Of a stretch of 57,284 nt of DNA, positions 33,957 to 43,502 are shown piece by piece; the first letter of the stretch is position 1, and each line of letters opens with the position of its first letter. The translations under genes were made by a program, and so were the position numbers. The notes below the pieces were generated by a model. It had not been told where the DNA came from and searched no databases. It saw only the letters and a program-made list of their open reading frames with translations. The stretch is from the NCBI GenBank assembly GCA_017935225.1, contig JAGBIA010000015.1, forward strand, positions 1-57,284, written 5' to 3'. Source of the DNA: Clostridia bacterium (GTDB lineage: Bacteria > Bacillota > Clostridia > Oscillospirales > CAG-272).

Positions 33957-36710
33957 TTATTTTTTGGTTTTCTTCTCCGCGCCGTCTCTGTTTTTCTTTT
34001 TGGGAAAGGTCATAGCGAGATAACATATAAGAAAAGCTATTGCGGGGACGAGTGTGAGCAACGTATAAAGTATCGGGCTGCGTACGAGTCCGAAGAGTAT
34101 ACCGAACGGAGTGATGAGACTGAGGAGCAGGAATACGCCTATCGTGCAGAGCTCAATAACAAAAAGTTTTTTTGCAAAGAGCTTTTTCAGTGCCGCTCCA
34201 TCCATAATATCTCCGACGTACATACACACAAAGAGGCAAAGTTGTAGTAAAACGAGCGAGATAAAGGTATATTCCGCGGTATAGAAATACTTACCGAATG
34301 CGTCTATGAGTCCTGCGAGTTTTGGCAGAACGATACAAAGGAAAGCGCCGAGCAACGAAGATGCCACGAGGGCTTTATTGTTCTTCAGCGTACCGACAAA
34401 ATCAAGTCCGATAAGTCTGTTCTTTACCTCTCTTGTCAGCATTCCGCCACGTCGGTGGTCTGTAGCAAAGATGAAAAACGCGAAAAGGTCAAGCCCAAAA
34501 CCAAGCAGAAGCATATGTCTCGAGTCGGCTATCGTCTGCCCCATCCTCATCGGAAACGCGATGGCTATAACTCGCATCACTTGTGCGAAGAAGAGGTAGG
34601 TCAAAAAGTTATAGAGGTTTCTGTATGCCAAGCGACAGCACCCCACCGCTGTTGCAAGCGGTCCGAGTCCGCCCTTGGAGTTCTTCGGGCGCATAAGCAG
34701 AATGTCCGCCTCAGCCTTGACTGTCTGAGTGCAGGACGCGGAGCTTTGCTCACCGGGGACCTCAAGAGAACGTATCTCCTCGAAGAACCGCCCGAAAACA
34801 CCGGATCTGACGGGTGCGCAGGAGATAAAGAGATCGCACTGCGCTATAGCATCCGACGCGTAATCGGTAAATCCGCAGATAGCGACTCGCTTACCGCTAT
34901 TCTTGATATGCTCGACAAGCTTTGTTATATCCTTGGAATCAAATCCGCTGTATTCATCAAAGCTGCCAAACGAGGAAGTTATATCTTTTCCCTGCCTTGC
35001 AAGATCTGCTTTATACGCTCTGTTTCCTCGGCGCAGCAGATCGGGGATCTCTGCGGTGTGGAAACGATCGGGGCAATTTGAGAACGAGATTATCGACATT
35101 CCGCTCTTTCGAACGGCAGATACAGCCTTTGCGAGTGCGGGATCGGAGCCCTCGTGGAGCACGAGCATTCCGACAAAGCAACGCTCCCCGTCAGAGCCCA
35201 CCGAGAATGCTATAGGTCTTCTGCCCATCGCCACAAGGCTCTCAAAACCTCTTACAAGAGACTCGGTACCGCCTGCCGACAAAGGCTTCTTAGCGCCTGC
35301 GACCATAACGTATCTGCAATCTCTCAGCGCCGAGGAATTCATAGAAACGCTCATCTCGGTCTTGATGCCCTTATCGGTATAGCTGATGATCTCCTGCGCG
35401 TTTTTGTCGACACCGGGCAGATAAGAATGTATCTGACAGCGTATCTTCAAAGCCTCAACATCTACGGGTGAAAGCTTCATAAACTCTCGAATACCTATCT
35501 CAAGCTCGTTGTTCTGCACCGCACCTATAGATATAGCCGGAGCGGACGAGCGTGCGCTTGAATAGAGCGCAATAAGCTCGCAGAGTGCCCCCGAGGTCTG
35601 TCCGATATGCTTGAGATCTGCCGTCTCTCCGTCAGCCGTCACAAGTCGCTCGTAATGCAGAATTCCGTCGGTCGCGATGCTTCCGTCAAGCAACAGCAGA
35701 TAATCTATATCCGCAAGCTTATCAAACGCATCGAGCGAGCGCATTATGCAAGGATCCTGCGATGTAGCGGCTTTGCGGATAAATCTTGCATAGAAATGGC
35801 AAAAGAGGTTTTGTGCGCGTGTAAGCAAGGAGCACGAGCCTATCGCAAGCGCGAGGAGAAGCGCCTCCGAGAGCACCGTGCTACCGCCCTCGAAGTTACC
35901 GAAAAGCACCGAAAAGATACAGAAAGGAAGCGTTAGCAGAAGCAGAAGCATTCCGAGCTTGGAGCATTTCTTCTTGAGGGCAGCAAGTCCCTCGGGAAGC
36001 TCCTTTGATGGCAGTTCTGTAACACCGCCCGTCATAGCTCCGAGATAAGTATATTTTCCGAGTGCCGTAACTATCGCTCTTCCGCTGCCCTCGAGCACCG
36101 TTGAGCCTGCGTGGAGCATATTCGTCATATTTTCCGCATAAAGCTCGCCCTCGCGGACGGCGCCGTTTGCGTACTTTTCAAGAATCTTTTCGCTCTTTTT
36201 ATCAACACGCATACGTACTTTGAGGCGCTCAGAGTGTATAAGTCTTGCATCGCAACCGAGAATGTCTCCCTTTTCTACGAGTATCACGTCGCCGACGGCA
36301 AGATCGCGGTAGTCAACGATGTAAAGCTTTCCACCACGAATCACTCTCGCCGTAGGCGTAAAAAAGTAGGACATCGACTCGACCGCCGACCTATCACGGC
36401 GATAAATAAAGAAGGATATTCCTATATTTACCGCTATCAGCAAAAGTATTCCGATGCCGATGACCGCGTCTCCCTCAAAGAAGAGAGAAAGCAGTGCAAG
36501 CAGCGTAAGGAGTACCAAAAAGATATCCGAGAAAAGATCGAGCAAGATCTTATCTATCCTCTTTTTCTTTACGGTAAAAAACGGCTCATCCTTCTTATGA
36601 AGCTCTGCGCGCGAACGAGCCGCCGCGAGAGAAAGTCCCGAGGCGGCATTGGTTTTCAGTTTCTTTTCGATCTGCTCGACCGACATCAAAAACCACTTTT
36701 CGTTCATCAT
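33957..36710 (-). CDS. P-type ATPase homologue with degenerate catalytic motifs (probable pseudo-ATPase)
   Basis: 917 aa with a Cation_ATPase_N-like start (VEQIEKKLKTNAASGLSLAAARSRAEL) and about 10 TM helices. By-eye alignment gives LLLDGSIATDG in place of DKTGTLT, no TGES, ISFSN in place of (M)ITGD, and CGFTDYASDA in place of GDGVNDAP. Confidence 0.75.
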   Translation of the reverse strand: MMNEKWFLMSVEQIEKKLKTNAASGLSLAAARSRAELHKKDEPFFTVKKKRIDKILLDLFSDIFLVLLTLLALLSLFFEGDAVIGIGILLLIAVNIGISFFIYRRDRSAVESMSYFFTPTARVIRGGKLYIVDYRDLAVGDVILVEKGDILGCDARLIHSERLKVRMRVDKKSEKILEKYANGAVREGELYAENMTNMLHAGSTVLEGSGRAIVTALGKYTYLGAMTGGVTELPSKELPEGLAALKKKCSKLGMLLLLLTLPFCIFSVLFGNFEGGSTVLSEALLLALAIGSCSLLTRAQNLFCHFYARFIRKAATSQDPCIMRSLDAFDKLADIDYLLLLDGSIATDGILHYERLVTADGETADLKHIGQTSGALCELIALYSSARSSAPAISIGAVQNNELEIGIREFMKLSPVDVEALKIRCQIHSYLPGVDKNAQEIISYTDKGIKTEMSVSMNSSALRDCRYVMVAGAKKPLSAGGTESLVRGFESLVAMGRRPIAFSVGSDGERCFVGMLVLHEGSDPALAKAVSAVRKSGMSIISFSNCPDRFHTAEIPDLLRRGNRAYKADLARQGKDITSSFGSFDEYSGFDSKDITKLVEHIKNSGKRVAICGFTDYASDAIAQCDLFISCAPVRSGVFGRFFEEIRSLEVPGEQSSASCTQTVKAEADILLMRPKNSKGGLGPLATAVGCCRLAYRNLYNFLTYLFFAQVMRVIAIAFPMRMGQTIADSRHMLLLGFGLDLFAFFIFATDHRRGGMLTREVKNRLIGLDFVGTLKNNKALVASSLLGAFLCIVLPKLAGLIDAFGKYFYTAEYTFISLVLLQLCLFVCMYVGDIMDGAALKKLFAKKLFVIELCTIGVFLLLSLITPFGILFGLVRSPILYTLLTLVPAIAFLICYLAMTFPKKKNRDGAEKKTKK

Positions 36711-36713
36711 AAT

Positions 36714-39023
36714 TTAAATACACTCTACAGTCAGTTTATTTTCATCCTTGGAGTAAGCAAGGCTTGCTCCGCTTATTTTTCTGGAGTAATCCGAGATTAT
36801 CGCCTCTGCGAGCAGATCCTCGACGTTCGCGCGGATAAATCTGCGCATATTTCTCGCACCGAACTTGCGTGAGAAGGAGTTTTTCGCGATAAAACCGACA
36901 GCTTCATCCGAATATATGAATTTAATTCCCTTCTCACCGAGTGCCGTCTTGAGCTCGTCAAGCATAATACGCGCGATGCTCATAAAGTCTGTCTCGTCGA
37001 GCGAGCGGAAGGTGATTATCTCGTCAACGCGGTTGATAAATTCGGGACGGAGGAAGCCTGAGAGTGCCTTCATGGTCTTACTCTCGGACAGTGCGCCATC
37101 CTCAGAGAAAAATCCCACCGTTGCGCCCGAATTATCCGAGCCTGCGTTGGTCGTCATTACGATGACGGTGTTCTCAAAGTTTACTGTCTTTCCTCTCGCG
37201 TCGGTGATCCTTCCGTCGTCAAGTATCTGCAAAAGAATATTGAGTACGTCGGGGTGCGCCTTTTCGATCTCGTCAAACAGGACCACTGAATACGGTCTGC
37301 GGCGGATCTTCTCGGTGAGCTGTCCCGCCTCGTCGTATCCGACGTATCCGGGAGGCGCTCCTATAATTCTCGATACCGAATGCTTTTCCATAAACTCAGA
37401 CATATCGAGTCTTATAAGTGTTTCGGGGGAGTGGAAAAGATCTGCTGCAAGCGTTTTTACGAGCTCTGTTTTACCTACGCCCGTGGGTCCTGCGAATATA
37501 AACGATACCGGCTTGCGCTTGTAGGAAATACCCGCTCTGTTTCGCTTGATAGCTCTTGCTACCGCGTATACAGCTTCGTCCTGACCGACGATCTTTGTCT
37601 TGAGTCTGTCGGCGAGCTTATCTATCTGCTCAAATTCGTTCTCGCTGATGTCTGTCGCGGGAATTCCCGTCCAAATCTCGATTACCTCGGCGATATCCGC
37701 TTCACTCAGCACAACGGTCGCGATATCGGGTTCGATCTCGCGCAGGCGCTCGGAGAGCTTGATCTCCTTGGACTTGATCTGCGCAATATCCTCATAGCAT
37801 CTCTGTGCCGCCTTATCGTCAGAGGGGGTATCAGCCTCGAGTGCCTCTCTCTGCTCTCGGAGTGTCAGAAGCTCCTCGCGGATCTGCTGAGTTTCGTTGA
37901 GCACAGGGCTTGTGAGCGAGAGATGAGATGCCGCCTCATCAAGCAGATCGATCGCTTTATCGGGAAGATATCTGTCGGTTATATATCTCTCCGAGAGAGT
38001 TACAGCTCTTGCGACGACCTCGTCGGGTATTCTGATAGAGTGGAATTCCTCGTAGTAGTGCTTTATTCCCGCAAGCATCTCTACGCTCTCGGCAATAGAG
38101 GGCTCTGCTACCGTCACGGGCTGGAAACGGCGCTCGAGCGCGGTATCCTTTTCGATATACTTTCTGTACTCGTTGAGCGTGGTCGCGCCTATGATGCGCA
38201 CCTCTCCTCTCGAGAGAGCGGGCTTAAGGATATTAGCCGCATTAACGCTTCCCTCGGAGTCGCCGATGCCGACGATATTATGCACCTCGTCGATGACGAG
38301 TATTACGTTACCCGCCTCCTTGACTTCTTTGAGAAGTCCGATCATTCTCGACTCGAACTGACCGCGGAACTGCGTGCCTGCGACGAGCGCAGTCATATCG
38401 ACCAGATAGATCTGCTTTCCGCGAAGCTTATAAGGCACGTCGTTATCCGCGATCTTTTGCGCGAGTGCCTCTGCGATCGCCGTCTTACCGACACCCGGCT
38501 CACCTATAAGGCAGGGGTTGTTCTTCTGTCGTCTGCAGAGTATCTGTATAACTCTTCCCAGCTCCTTCTCTCTACCGATTATACGGTCGAGCTTGCCGTC
38601 CTGTGCTCTCTTGGTAAGATTGCGACAGTAGGTATCAAGGAACTTATATTTCTTAGGCTTCTCGCCCTTATCCTTTGCGCCGCGTTTCGCGCCACCCGAC
38701 ACGTTGGGTGCGTTTGCGGGAAGCTCGCCCTCTCCGAAGAGCTGGGGCATATCTATAGCGGGAGCGCCGCCCTCCTCGAGATCGTCGTTATCCGAGGGGA
38801 CCATTCCCTTTTCAACGAGCTCGCCGAACTCGTTTTCCATCGATTCCATCTGCTCGGGGGTAAGGCCGAGGTGGCTCATCACGTCGCCGAGCATATTATC
38901 TATCGGTACTCCGAGATCCTTTGCGCACTTCATGCAAAGTCCCTCGTTGACCTTATTGCCGTTCTCAAGCTTAGTCACGAAAACGACCGCGACTCGCTTG
39001 TGGCATCTTGAACACATTACCAT
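36714..39023 (-). CDS. clpE: ClpE-like Hsp100 AAA+ unfoldase (two AAA modules, N-terminal zinc ribbon)
   Basis: 769 aa with an N-terminal CSRC-x21-CMKC, Walker A GEPGVGKT and GPTGVGKT, a short middle domain, and a VGF tripeptide consistent with a ClpP-docking loop. No Clp_N repeats. An alternative start is at 39017. Confidence 0.85.
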   Translation of the reverse strand: MVMCSRCHKRVAVVFVTKLENGNKVNEGLCMKCAKDLGVPIDNMLGDVMSHLGLTPEQMESMENEFGELVEKGMVPSDNDDLEEGGAPAIDMPQLFGEGELPANAPNVSGGAKRGAKDKGEKPKKYKFLDTYCRNLTKRAQDGKLDRIIGREKELGRVIQILCRRQKNNPCLIGEPGVGKTAIAEALAQKIADNDVPYKLRGKQIYLVDMTALVAGTQFRGQFESRMIGLLKEVKEAGNVILVIDEVHNIVGIGDSEGSVNAANILKPALSRGEVRIIGATTLNEYRKYIEKDTALERRFQPVTVAEPSIAESVEMLAGIKHYYEEFHSIRIPDEVVARAVTLSERYITDRYLPDKAIDLLDEAASHLSLTSPVLNETQQIREELLTLREQREALEADTPSDDKAAQRCYEDIAQIKSKEIKLSERLREIEPDIATVVLSEADIAEVIEIWTGIPATDISENEFEQIDKLADRLKTKIVGQDEAVYAVARAIKRNRAGISYKRKPVSFIFAGPTGVGKTELVKTLAADLFHSPETLIRLDMSEFMEKHSVSRIIGAPPGYVGYDEAGQLTEKIRRRPYSVVLFDEIEKAHPDVLNILLQILDDGRITDARGKTVNFENTVIVMTTNAGSDNSGATVGFFSEDGALSESKTMKALSGFLRPEFINRVDEIITFRSLDETDFMSIARIMLDELKTALGEKGIKFIYSDEAVGFIAKNSFSRKFGARNMRRFIRANVEDLLAEAIISDYSRKISGASLAYSKDENKLTVECI

Positions 39024-39048
39024 ATTAAGACCAAACTATTCCTTTCGG

Positions 39049-39624
39049 TTATTTTATTACCTTTCTTATCGTACCGCGATCAACTTCCTCTTTCTTGAGC
39101 TTGGAGTAGTGCTTGACGTATCCTGCAAAAGCGACAAGAGCGAAGATAGCAACGACGGCAAACATAGCAAGCGCTACTATCGGGTTTTCAGCCAAGAATT
39201 TTCTGAAAACTATAGACACGAAAATAGCAAGATAGAAGAGGCAGACTGCAGTCTTACCGTACCACTTGCTGACCACGACTACGCTGCGGCGCTTGATAAC
39301 GAGAAGTCCCGTGATGAGCGTTGCGAGCTCCTTGGCAAAGAAAATGAGCGCAAACCATATCGGTACGAGGTGCTTTATGCAAAGGCAGACGAGAGCCGTG
39401 CACTGCATAAGCTTATCCGCGAGCGGATCGAGTATTTTTCCAAGATTGGTTATCCAATTAAATCTTCTCGCAAGATATCCGTCAACCACATCGGTTGCTC
39501 CTGCGGTCAGAAAGATGATAAGAGCCCATATGGGAGACTCAAGCGCGAAGAAGACTACAACGAAGACGAAGACGAGTATTATGCGTATTACAGATAAGAT
39601 ATTGGGGATATTCTTGAGTTTCAT
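39049..39624 (-). CDS. pgsA: CDP-diacylglycerol--glycerol-3-phosphate 3-phosphatidyltransferase
   Basis: 191 aa with the CDP-alcohol phosphotransferase motif DVVDGYLARRFNWITNLGKILDPLADK. Confidence 0.9.
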   Translation of the reverse strand: MKLKNIPNILSVIRIILVFVFVVVFFALESPIWALIIFLTAGATDVVDGYLARRFNWITNLGKILDPLADKLMQCTALVCLCIKHLVPIWFALIFFAKELATLITGLLVIKRRSVVVVSKWYGKTAVCLFYLAIFVSIVFRKFLAENPIVALAMFAVVAIFALVAFAGYVKHYSKLKKEEVDRGTIRKVIK

Positions 39625-39678
39625 TATATGTTTTCCATCCTTGATCGAATTTATCGGATTTATTATCCTATGTTTGCA

Positions 39679-41025
39679 CTACTGTTTTTTGCCAAACACG
39701 AGGTATTCTGCGCGCGCATCGCCGCAGACCATCGCGGTATCCTCGCTGTATATCAGCATCTTGCCTGCTTCACACGCAAGGAATTCGCTTTCTTTTCTCT
39801 TGAGATCGGTACGTATAACTCCCGTCGCGGTTCTCATAAACAGATGATCGCCCTCGATCGAGACAGCCGACACGTTTTCCGCAATAGAGCTATTATACAC
39901 GGGTTCTCCCTTTTTGTCAAACACAGTCACTCTCTTTTGCGACTGCGAGCCCGTGACTACCGCAAGTCCGTCTGCGCTTACCTCAAACGCACGGATGCTC
40001 TCGCCGTAGAAGGTAAATTCTTCTGTCTGCTTACAGCTCTTATTGTATATATGCACCGCAGTATTCGTCAGCAGCGCGATACGGTCGCCGTCGATAAACG
40101 AGCATCCTATCGGGAACTCACCGTCGATCTCTACCTCACCGAGCTTTGACGCGGTCTGCTTGCTTGCTATATCGTAAAGCGTGAGTGTCGCAAGTCCCTT
40201 GCCCGTTCCTGCCTGATATGACACCTTGCAGAAGCGGTCGCCGTCCGAGCTGAGCGACATATCCATAACATACTTACTGTCAGGGACGTTGCCGCGGTAT
40301 TTGAGATCCTTGCCGTAAAATCTTATGACAGCCTTGCCGTCGTCGTTCTTGGTAGCTATTGCGAACGATCCGTCGGGGGCAAAAGTCGCATCTGTGATCG
40401 GGCTGTCGAGCTGCTCAGTATATACCTGCGAAAATGAATTGTAGACCGAGAATGCCGAGCCCGCGCTGTCGTAAACGAGAACGTACTTATCACAGCATAC
40501 TATATTGGGTGAATAATATTCGTTATTGCTCTTGAGCGTTCTTCTGCCGCCTGCGGTGAAGACCGAGACCGCCGAGGGAGACGCGCTGACGAGACCGCCG
40601 CGATAGAGCGCGAAAGTCTGTCTGGAGTCCGAGTCGTAGGACAGCACCTGATACTGCGGTACCTCGCTATCTGCCGCGCTCGAGAAATCCTTCATAAGAT
40701 AGAAGAAGTTATCAAAGGTTATCTCCTTGTAGTTCGTCACCACTGAGAATACAAGAAATAGTGCGAGTATGAGCCACAATAGTCGCTCTCCGACCTTGTA
40801 GAATGCCGATACGGATGCGTAATAAACGTCGCCCGCCGCGTTGAAGTCCTCGTGGCGAAGCACTCGCTCCTTCTGCGGCTCGGGGTTGAAGTAATCTCCG
40901 ACCTTATCGAAGAACTTGTTCGTGCCCTCTCCGTCCTCTTTTTTCTTAAAGAAGGCGCGCTTGCCATCCGCATTCTTCTTGACGGGATTTATCCGCTCAA
41001 GCTTCTCTTTAATATTGAATTTCAA
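39679..41025 (-). CDS. Single-pass membrane protein with large extracytoplasmic beta-rich (propeller-like) domain; possibly DUF5711-like
   Basis: TTG start at 41025 preceded by AAAGGAGG with a 5-nt spacer (MKFNIKEK). The ATG-initiated ORF in the track would overlap truA by 59 nt. One TM helix (LWLILALFLVFSVV), then repetitive beta-strand-like segments. The family name is from memory only. Confidence 0.5.
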   Translation of the reverse strand: MKFNIKEKLERINPVKKNADGKRAFFKKKEDGEGTNKFFDKVGDYFNPEPQKERVLRHEDFNAAGDVYYASVSAFYKVGERLLWLILALFLVFSVVTNYKEITFDNFFYLMKDFSSAADSEVPQYQVLSYDSDSRQTFALYRGGLVSASPSAVSVFTAGGRRTLKSNNEYYSPNIVCCDKYVLVYDSAGSAFSVYNSFSQVYTEQLDSPITDATFAPDGSFAIATKNDDGKAVIRFYGKDLKYRGNVPDSKYVMDMSLSSDGDRFCKVSYQAGTGKGLATLTLYDIASKQTASKLGEVEIDGEFPIGCSFIDGDRIALLTNTAVHIYNKSCKQTEEFTFYGESIRAFEVSADGLAVVTGSQSQKRVTVFDKKGEPVYNSSIAENVSAVSIEGDHLFMRTATGVIRTDLKRKESEFLACEAGKMLIYSEDTAMVCGDARAEYLVFGKKQ

Positions 41026-41050
41026 ACTTTGCCTCCTTTCGCGTGTTCGG

Positions 41051-41809
41051 TCAGTAGCTGACCTTATTGAGATACAGCCCGTGCGGCGGCGCTGTGCTTC
41101 CTGCGGCACGTCTGTCTTTTTGTTCGATTATTTTGGGAATATCCTCGGGCTCGATCTTGCCGTAAGCAACGTCGACCAGCGTTCCGACAAATATTCTGAC
41201 CATATTATAGAGAAATCCGTCGGCTCTGACGCGGAAGGTGATAAGCTCGCCCTCGCGCTCGATCTCAGCTTCAAAGACCTCGCGCACGGTGTCCTCGACC
41301 TTGGAGTCAGCAGCCATAAAAGAGCAAAAGTCTTTCTTTCCGATATAGCACGCCGCCGCGCGCTTCATTCTCTCAAGACCCTCGTCATCTATTCTCTTTG
41401 GGCAGTGCCACGCTCTTCCCTGAGTGAAGGGATCGCGCACGGGGGAATTCCATATCTTATACACGTATTCCTTATACTTTACGTCGTATCGGGGGTGAAA
41501 GGCGTCCTCGACCTCTTCTGCCGCAAAAACGCAGATATCCTCGGGCAACCAATGTGTCATCGCCTGTGGTATCTTGTCGGTGGGAATATTCGTGTAAAGC
41601 GCATTTTCTTTTTTCTTAGTTACCGTCGCGCAGAATTCGTTTGCGTGAACTCCGCTATCGGTGCGGCTGCAGCCGACTATATCGCAATCATAGCCGAAGA
41701 GCTGTTTTGCCGCCTCGTTGAGCTTCTGCTGGATGGTAACGCCGTTTGGCTGTACCTGATAGCCGCAGTAATTCGTTCCGAGGTATGACAGATGCAAAAG
41801 TATCTTCAT
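41051..41809 (-). CDS. truA: tRNA pseudouridine(38-40) synthase TruA
   Basis: 252 aa; YLGTNYCGYQVQPNG ... GCSRTDSGVHA contains the catalytic Asp motif. Confidence 0.95.
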   Translation of the reverse strand: MKILLHLSYLGTNYCGYQVQPNGVTIQQKLNEAAKQLFGYDCDIVGCSRTDSGVHANEFCATVTKKKENALYTNIPTDKIPQAMTHWLPEDICVFAAEEVEDAFHPRYDVKYKEYVYKIWNSPVRDPFTQGRAWHCPKRIDDEGLERMKRAAACYIGKKDFCSFMAADSKVEDTVREVFEAEIEREGELITFRVRADGFLYNMVRIFVGTLVDVAYGKIEPEDIPKIIEQKDRRAAGSTAPPHGLYLNKVSY

Positions 41810-41817
41810 ATCTCACC

Positions 41818-42636
41818 TCAAAGCGTATATCCAATTGCAAGGATATTGAAGGCTATCAGCGTCGCGCCGAAAGCAACGATCAAAAAGAGCGGAATAACGT
41901 CGACAAATCTCATATGTCGCACGTTCATTCTCGTTCTTCCCTCTCCGCCGTGGTAGCATCTGCACTCCATCGCGGTCGCAAGGTCGCCTGCGCGGTTGAA
42001 CGCAGAGACGAACAGAGGTATCAGCACGGGGATGAGCGCCTTTGCTCTTGCGATAAGTCCGCCGCTTGAGAAATCCGCGCCGCGCGCCTTCTGTGCGGTC
42101 ATTATTCTGTCGGTCTCCTCGGTCAGCGTAGGGATAAAGCGAAGCGCTATCGTCATCATCATCGCGAAGGTATGGACAGGAACGTGAAGCTTTTTGAGCG
42201 GTGAGAGCAGATCCTCGATCGCGTTGGTAAGCGCGATAGGCGTCGTGGTATAGGTCATAAGCATACCCGTACCGATGATCAGCGCCGCTATTCTTATCAT
42301 TATGAATAGCGCGGAGTATATACCCTCGAGATATATTTTAATAAATTTCCACTCGAAGAGAAGCACCTCGCCCGACGTCCAGAAGACGTTGAGAAGTGCC
42401 GTAAATGCAAGCACGAAGAGCACGCCGCGAAGTCCGCGAAGGACTATCTTGAGCGGTATTCTGCCAAGCGCCACCAAAAGCAGCGCAGACAGAAGCAGAA
42501 GCGCGTACGAAAGCACGTTCTTGCACAAAAACGAGCAGACTATATAAAGCAGAGTCAGGATTATCTTTACGCGTGGATCGAGGCTGTGGAGCGGCGAGCG
42601 CGCGGGATAGTACTGACCGAATGAAATACCTTTCAT
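41818..42636 (-). CDS. ecfT: ECF transporter transmembrane component EcfT
   Basis: 272 aa; polytopic, with the conserved ARG motifs (QKARGADF). Follows two EcfA genes. Confidence 0.92.
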   Translation of the reverse strand: MKGISFGQYYPARSPLHSLDPRVKIILTLLYIVCSFLCKNVLSYALLLLSALLLVALGRIPLKIVLRGLRGVLFVLAFTALLNVFWTSGEVLLFEWKFIKIYLEGIYSALFIMIRIAALIIGTGMLMTYTTTPIALTNAIEDLLSPLKKLHVPVHTFAMMMTIALRFIPTLTEETDRIMTAQKARGADFSSGGLIARAKALIPVLIPLFVSAFNRAGDLATAMECRCYHGGEGRTRMNVRHMRFVDVIPLFLIVAFGATLIAFNILAIGYTL

Positions 42637-42652
42637 TTTTTACGATCGTTCC

Positions 42653-43501
42653 TTAACTGTAAAGTTTTATGATTTTCTCAAATGCCTCCTCGACGGTATA
42701 TACCGAAGAGTCAAGCTCAATTCCTCTCTCGCGAAGCTTCATAGTAAGCTTTGTGATCTGAGGAATGTCAAGTCCGACAGACTCAAGCAGATCTGCGTGC
42801 GAGAACACCTCGCGGCAGTTGCCCTCGAGCATTATCTTGCCGCCCGACATAACCACAAGTCTCTCGCAGTAGCGTGCCATATCCTCCATACTGTGACTTA
42901 CGATAAGCACCGTGCTTCCGCTCTTTTTCTGATACTCTGCGATGTTTTGGAATATAGAATCTCTTCCGCGAGGATCAAGTCCTGCGGCGGGCTCGTCGAG
43001 TATGAGAAGCTCAGGGCGCATCGCGATAATTCCCGCTATCGCCGCGCGTCTCTTCTGTCCGCCCGAGAGGTCAAAGGGCGACTTTTCAAGCAGATCAGGC
43101 TCAAGTCCTGCAAACTCTGCCGCCTCGCGCACTCTCTCGTCTATCTCATCGTCACTCAGTCCCATATTCTTCGGTCCGTACGCGATATCCTTATATATCG
43201 TCTCCTCAAAGAGCTGATACTCGGGATACTGCATAACGAGTCCGACACGAAATCTTATCTTGCGGATATCCTTCGGTCTCTTCCATATGTCCTCGCCGTC
43301 GAGAAGCACCTTGCCCTCGTGAGGACGGAGAATTCCGTTGAACATCTGCACGAGCGTGGATTTTCCCGAGCCCGTGTGACCGATAAGTCCCGTGATCATT
43401 CCCTTTTGTATTTTAAGATCTATTCCGTCGAGAGCCTTAATTTCATACGGCGTATCCTTGCCGTGAAAATAGCTCAATTTTTCAACCGTGATCTCTGACA
43501 T
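42653..43501 (-). CDS. ecfA2: ECF transporter ATPase EcfA2
   Basis: 282 aa with Walker A GHTGSGKST, signature LSGGQKRR and Walker B LILDEP. Confidence 0.92.
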   Translation of the reverse strand: MSEITVEKLSYFHGKDTPYEIKALDGIDLKIQKGMITGLIGHTGSGKSTLVQMFNGILRPHEGKVLLDGEDIWKRPKDIRKIRFRVGLVMQYPEYQLFEETIYKDIAYGPKNMGLSDDEIDERVREAAEFAGLEPDLLEKSPFDLSGGQKRRAAIAGIIAMRPELLILDEPAAGLDPRGRDSIFQNIAEYQKKSGSTVLIVSHSMEDMARYCERLVVMSGGKIMLEGNCREVFSHADLLESVGLDIPQITKLTMKLRERGIELDSSVYTVEEAFEKIIKLYS

Positions 43502-43502
43502 T

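Noticed and set aside
37380-39011. 543-aa ORF on the plus strand
   Set aside because: Antisense to the ClpE-like AAA+ gene, which has two Walker A motifs on the minus strand. Shadow ORF. The same reasoning applies to 4878-6002, 31994-33001, 30983-31975, 40916-41788, 49296-50195 and similar track entries.
41026-41109. N-terminal 28-codon extension of the track ORF 39679-41109 (MPQEAQRRRTGC...)
   Set aside because: It would overlap the truA 3' end by 59 nt, and it lacks an RBS. A TTG at 41025 with AAAGGAGG 5 nt upstream is a much better start. Similar upstream extensions were trimmed for ispE, rpsB, ecfA1, ruvC, the PAP2-like gene, hisF, the XRE regulator and the 135-aa orphan.
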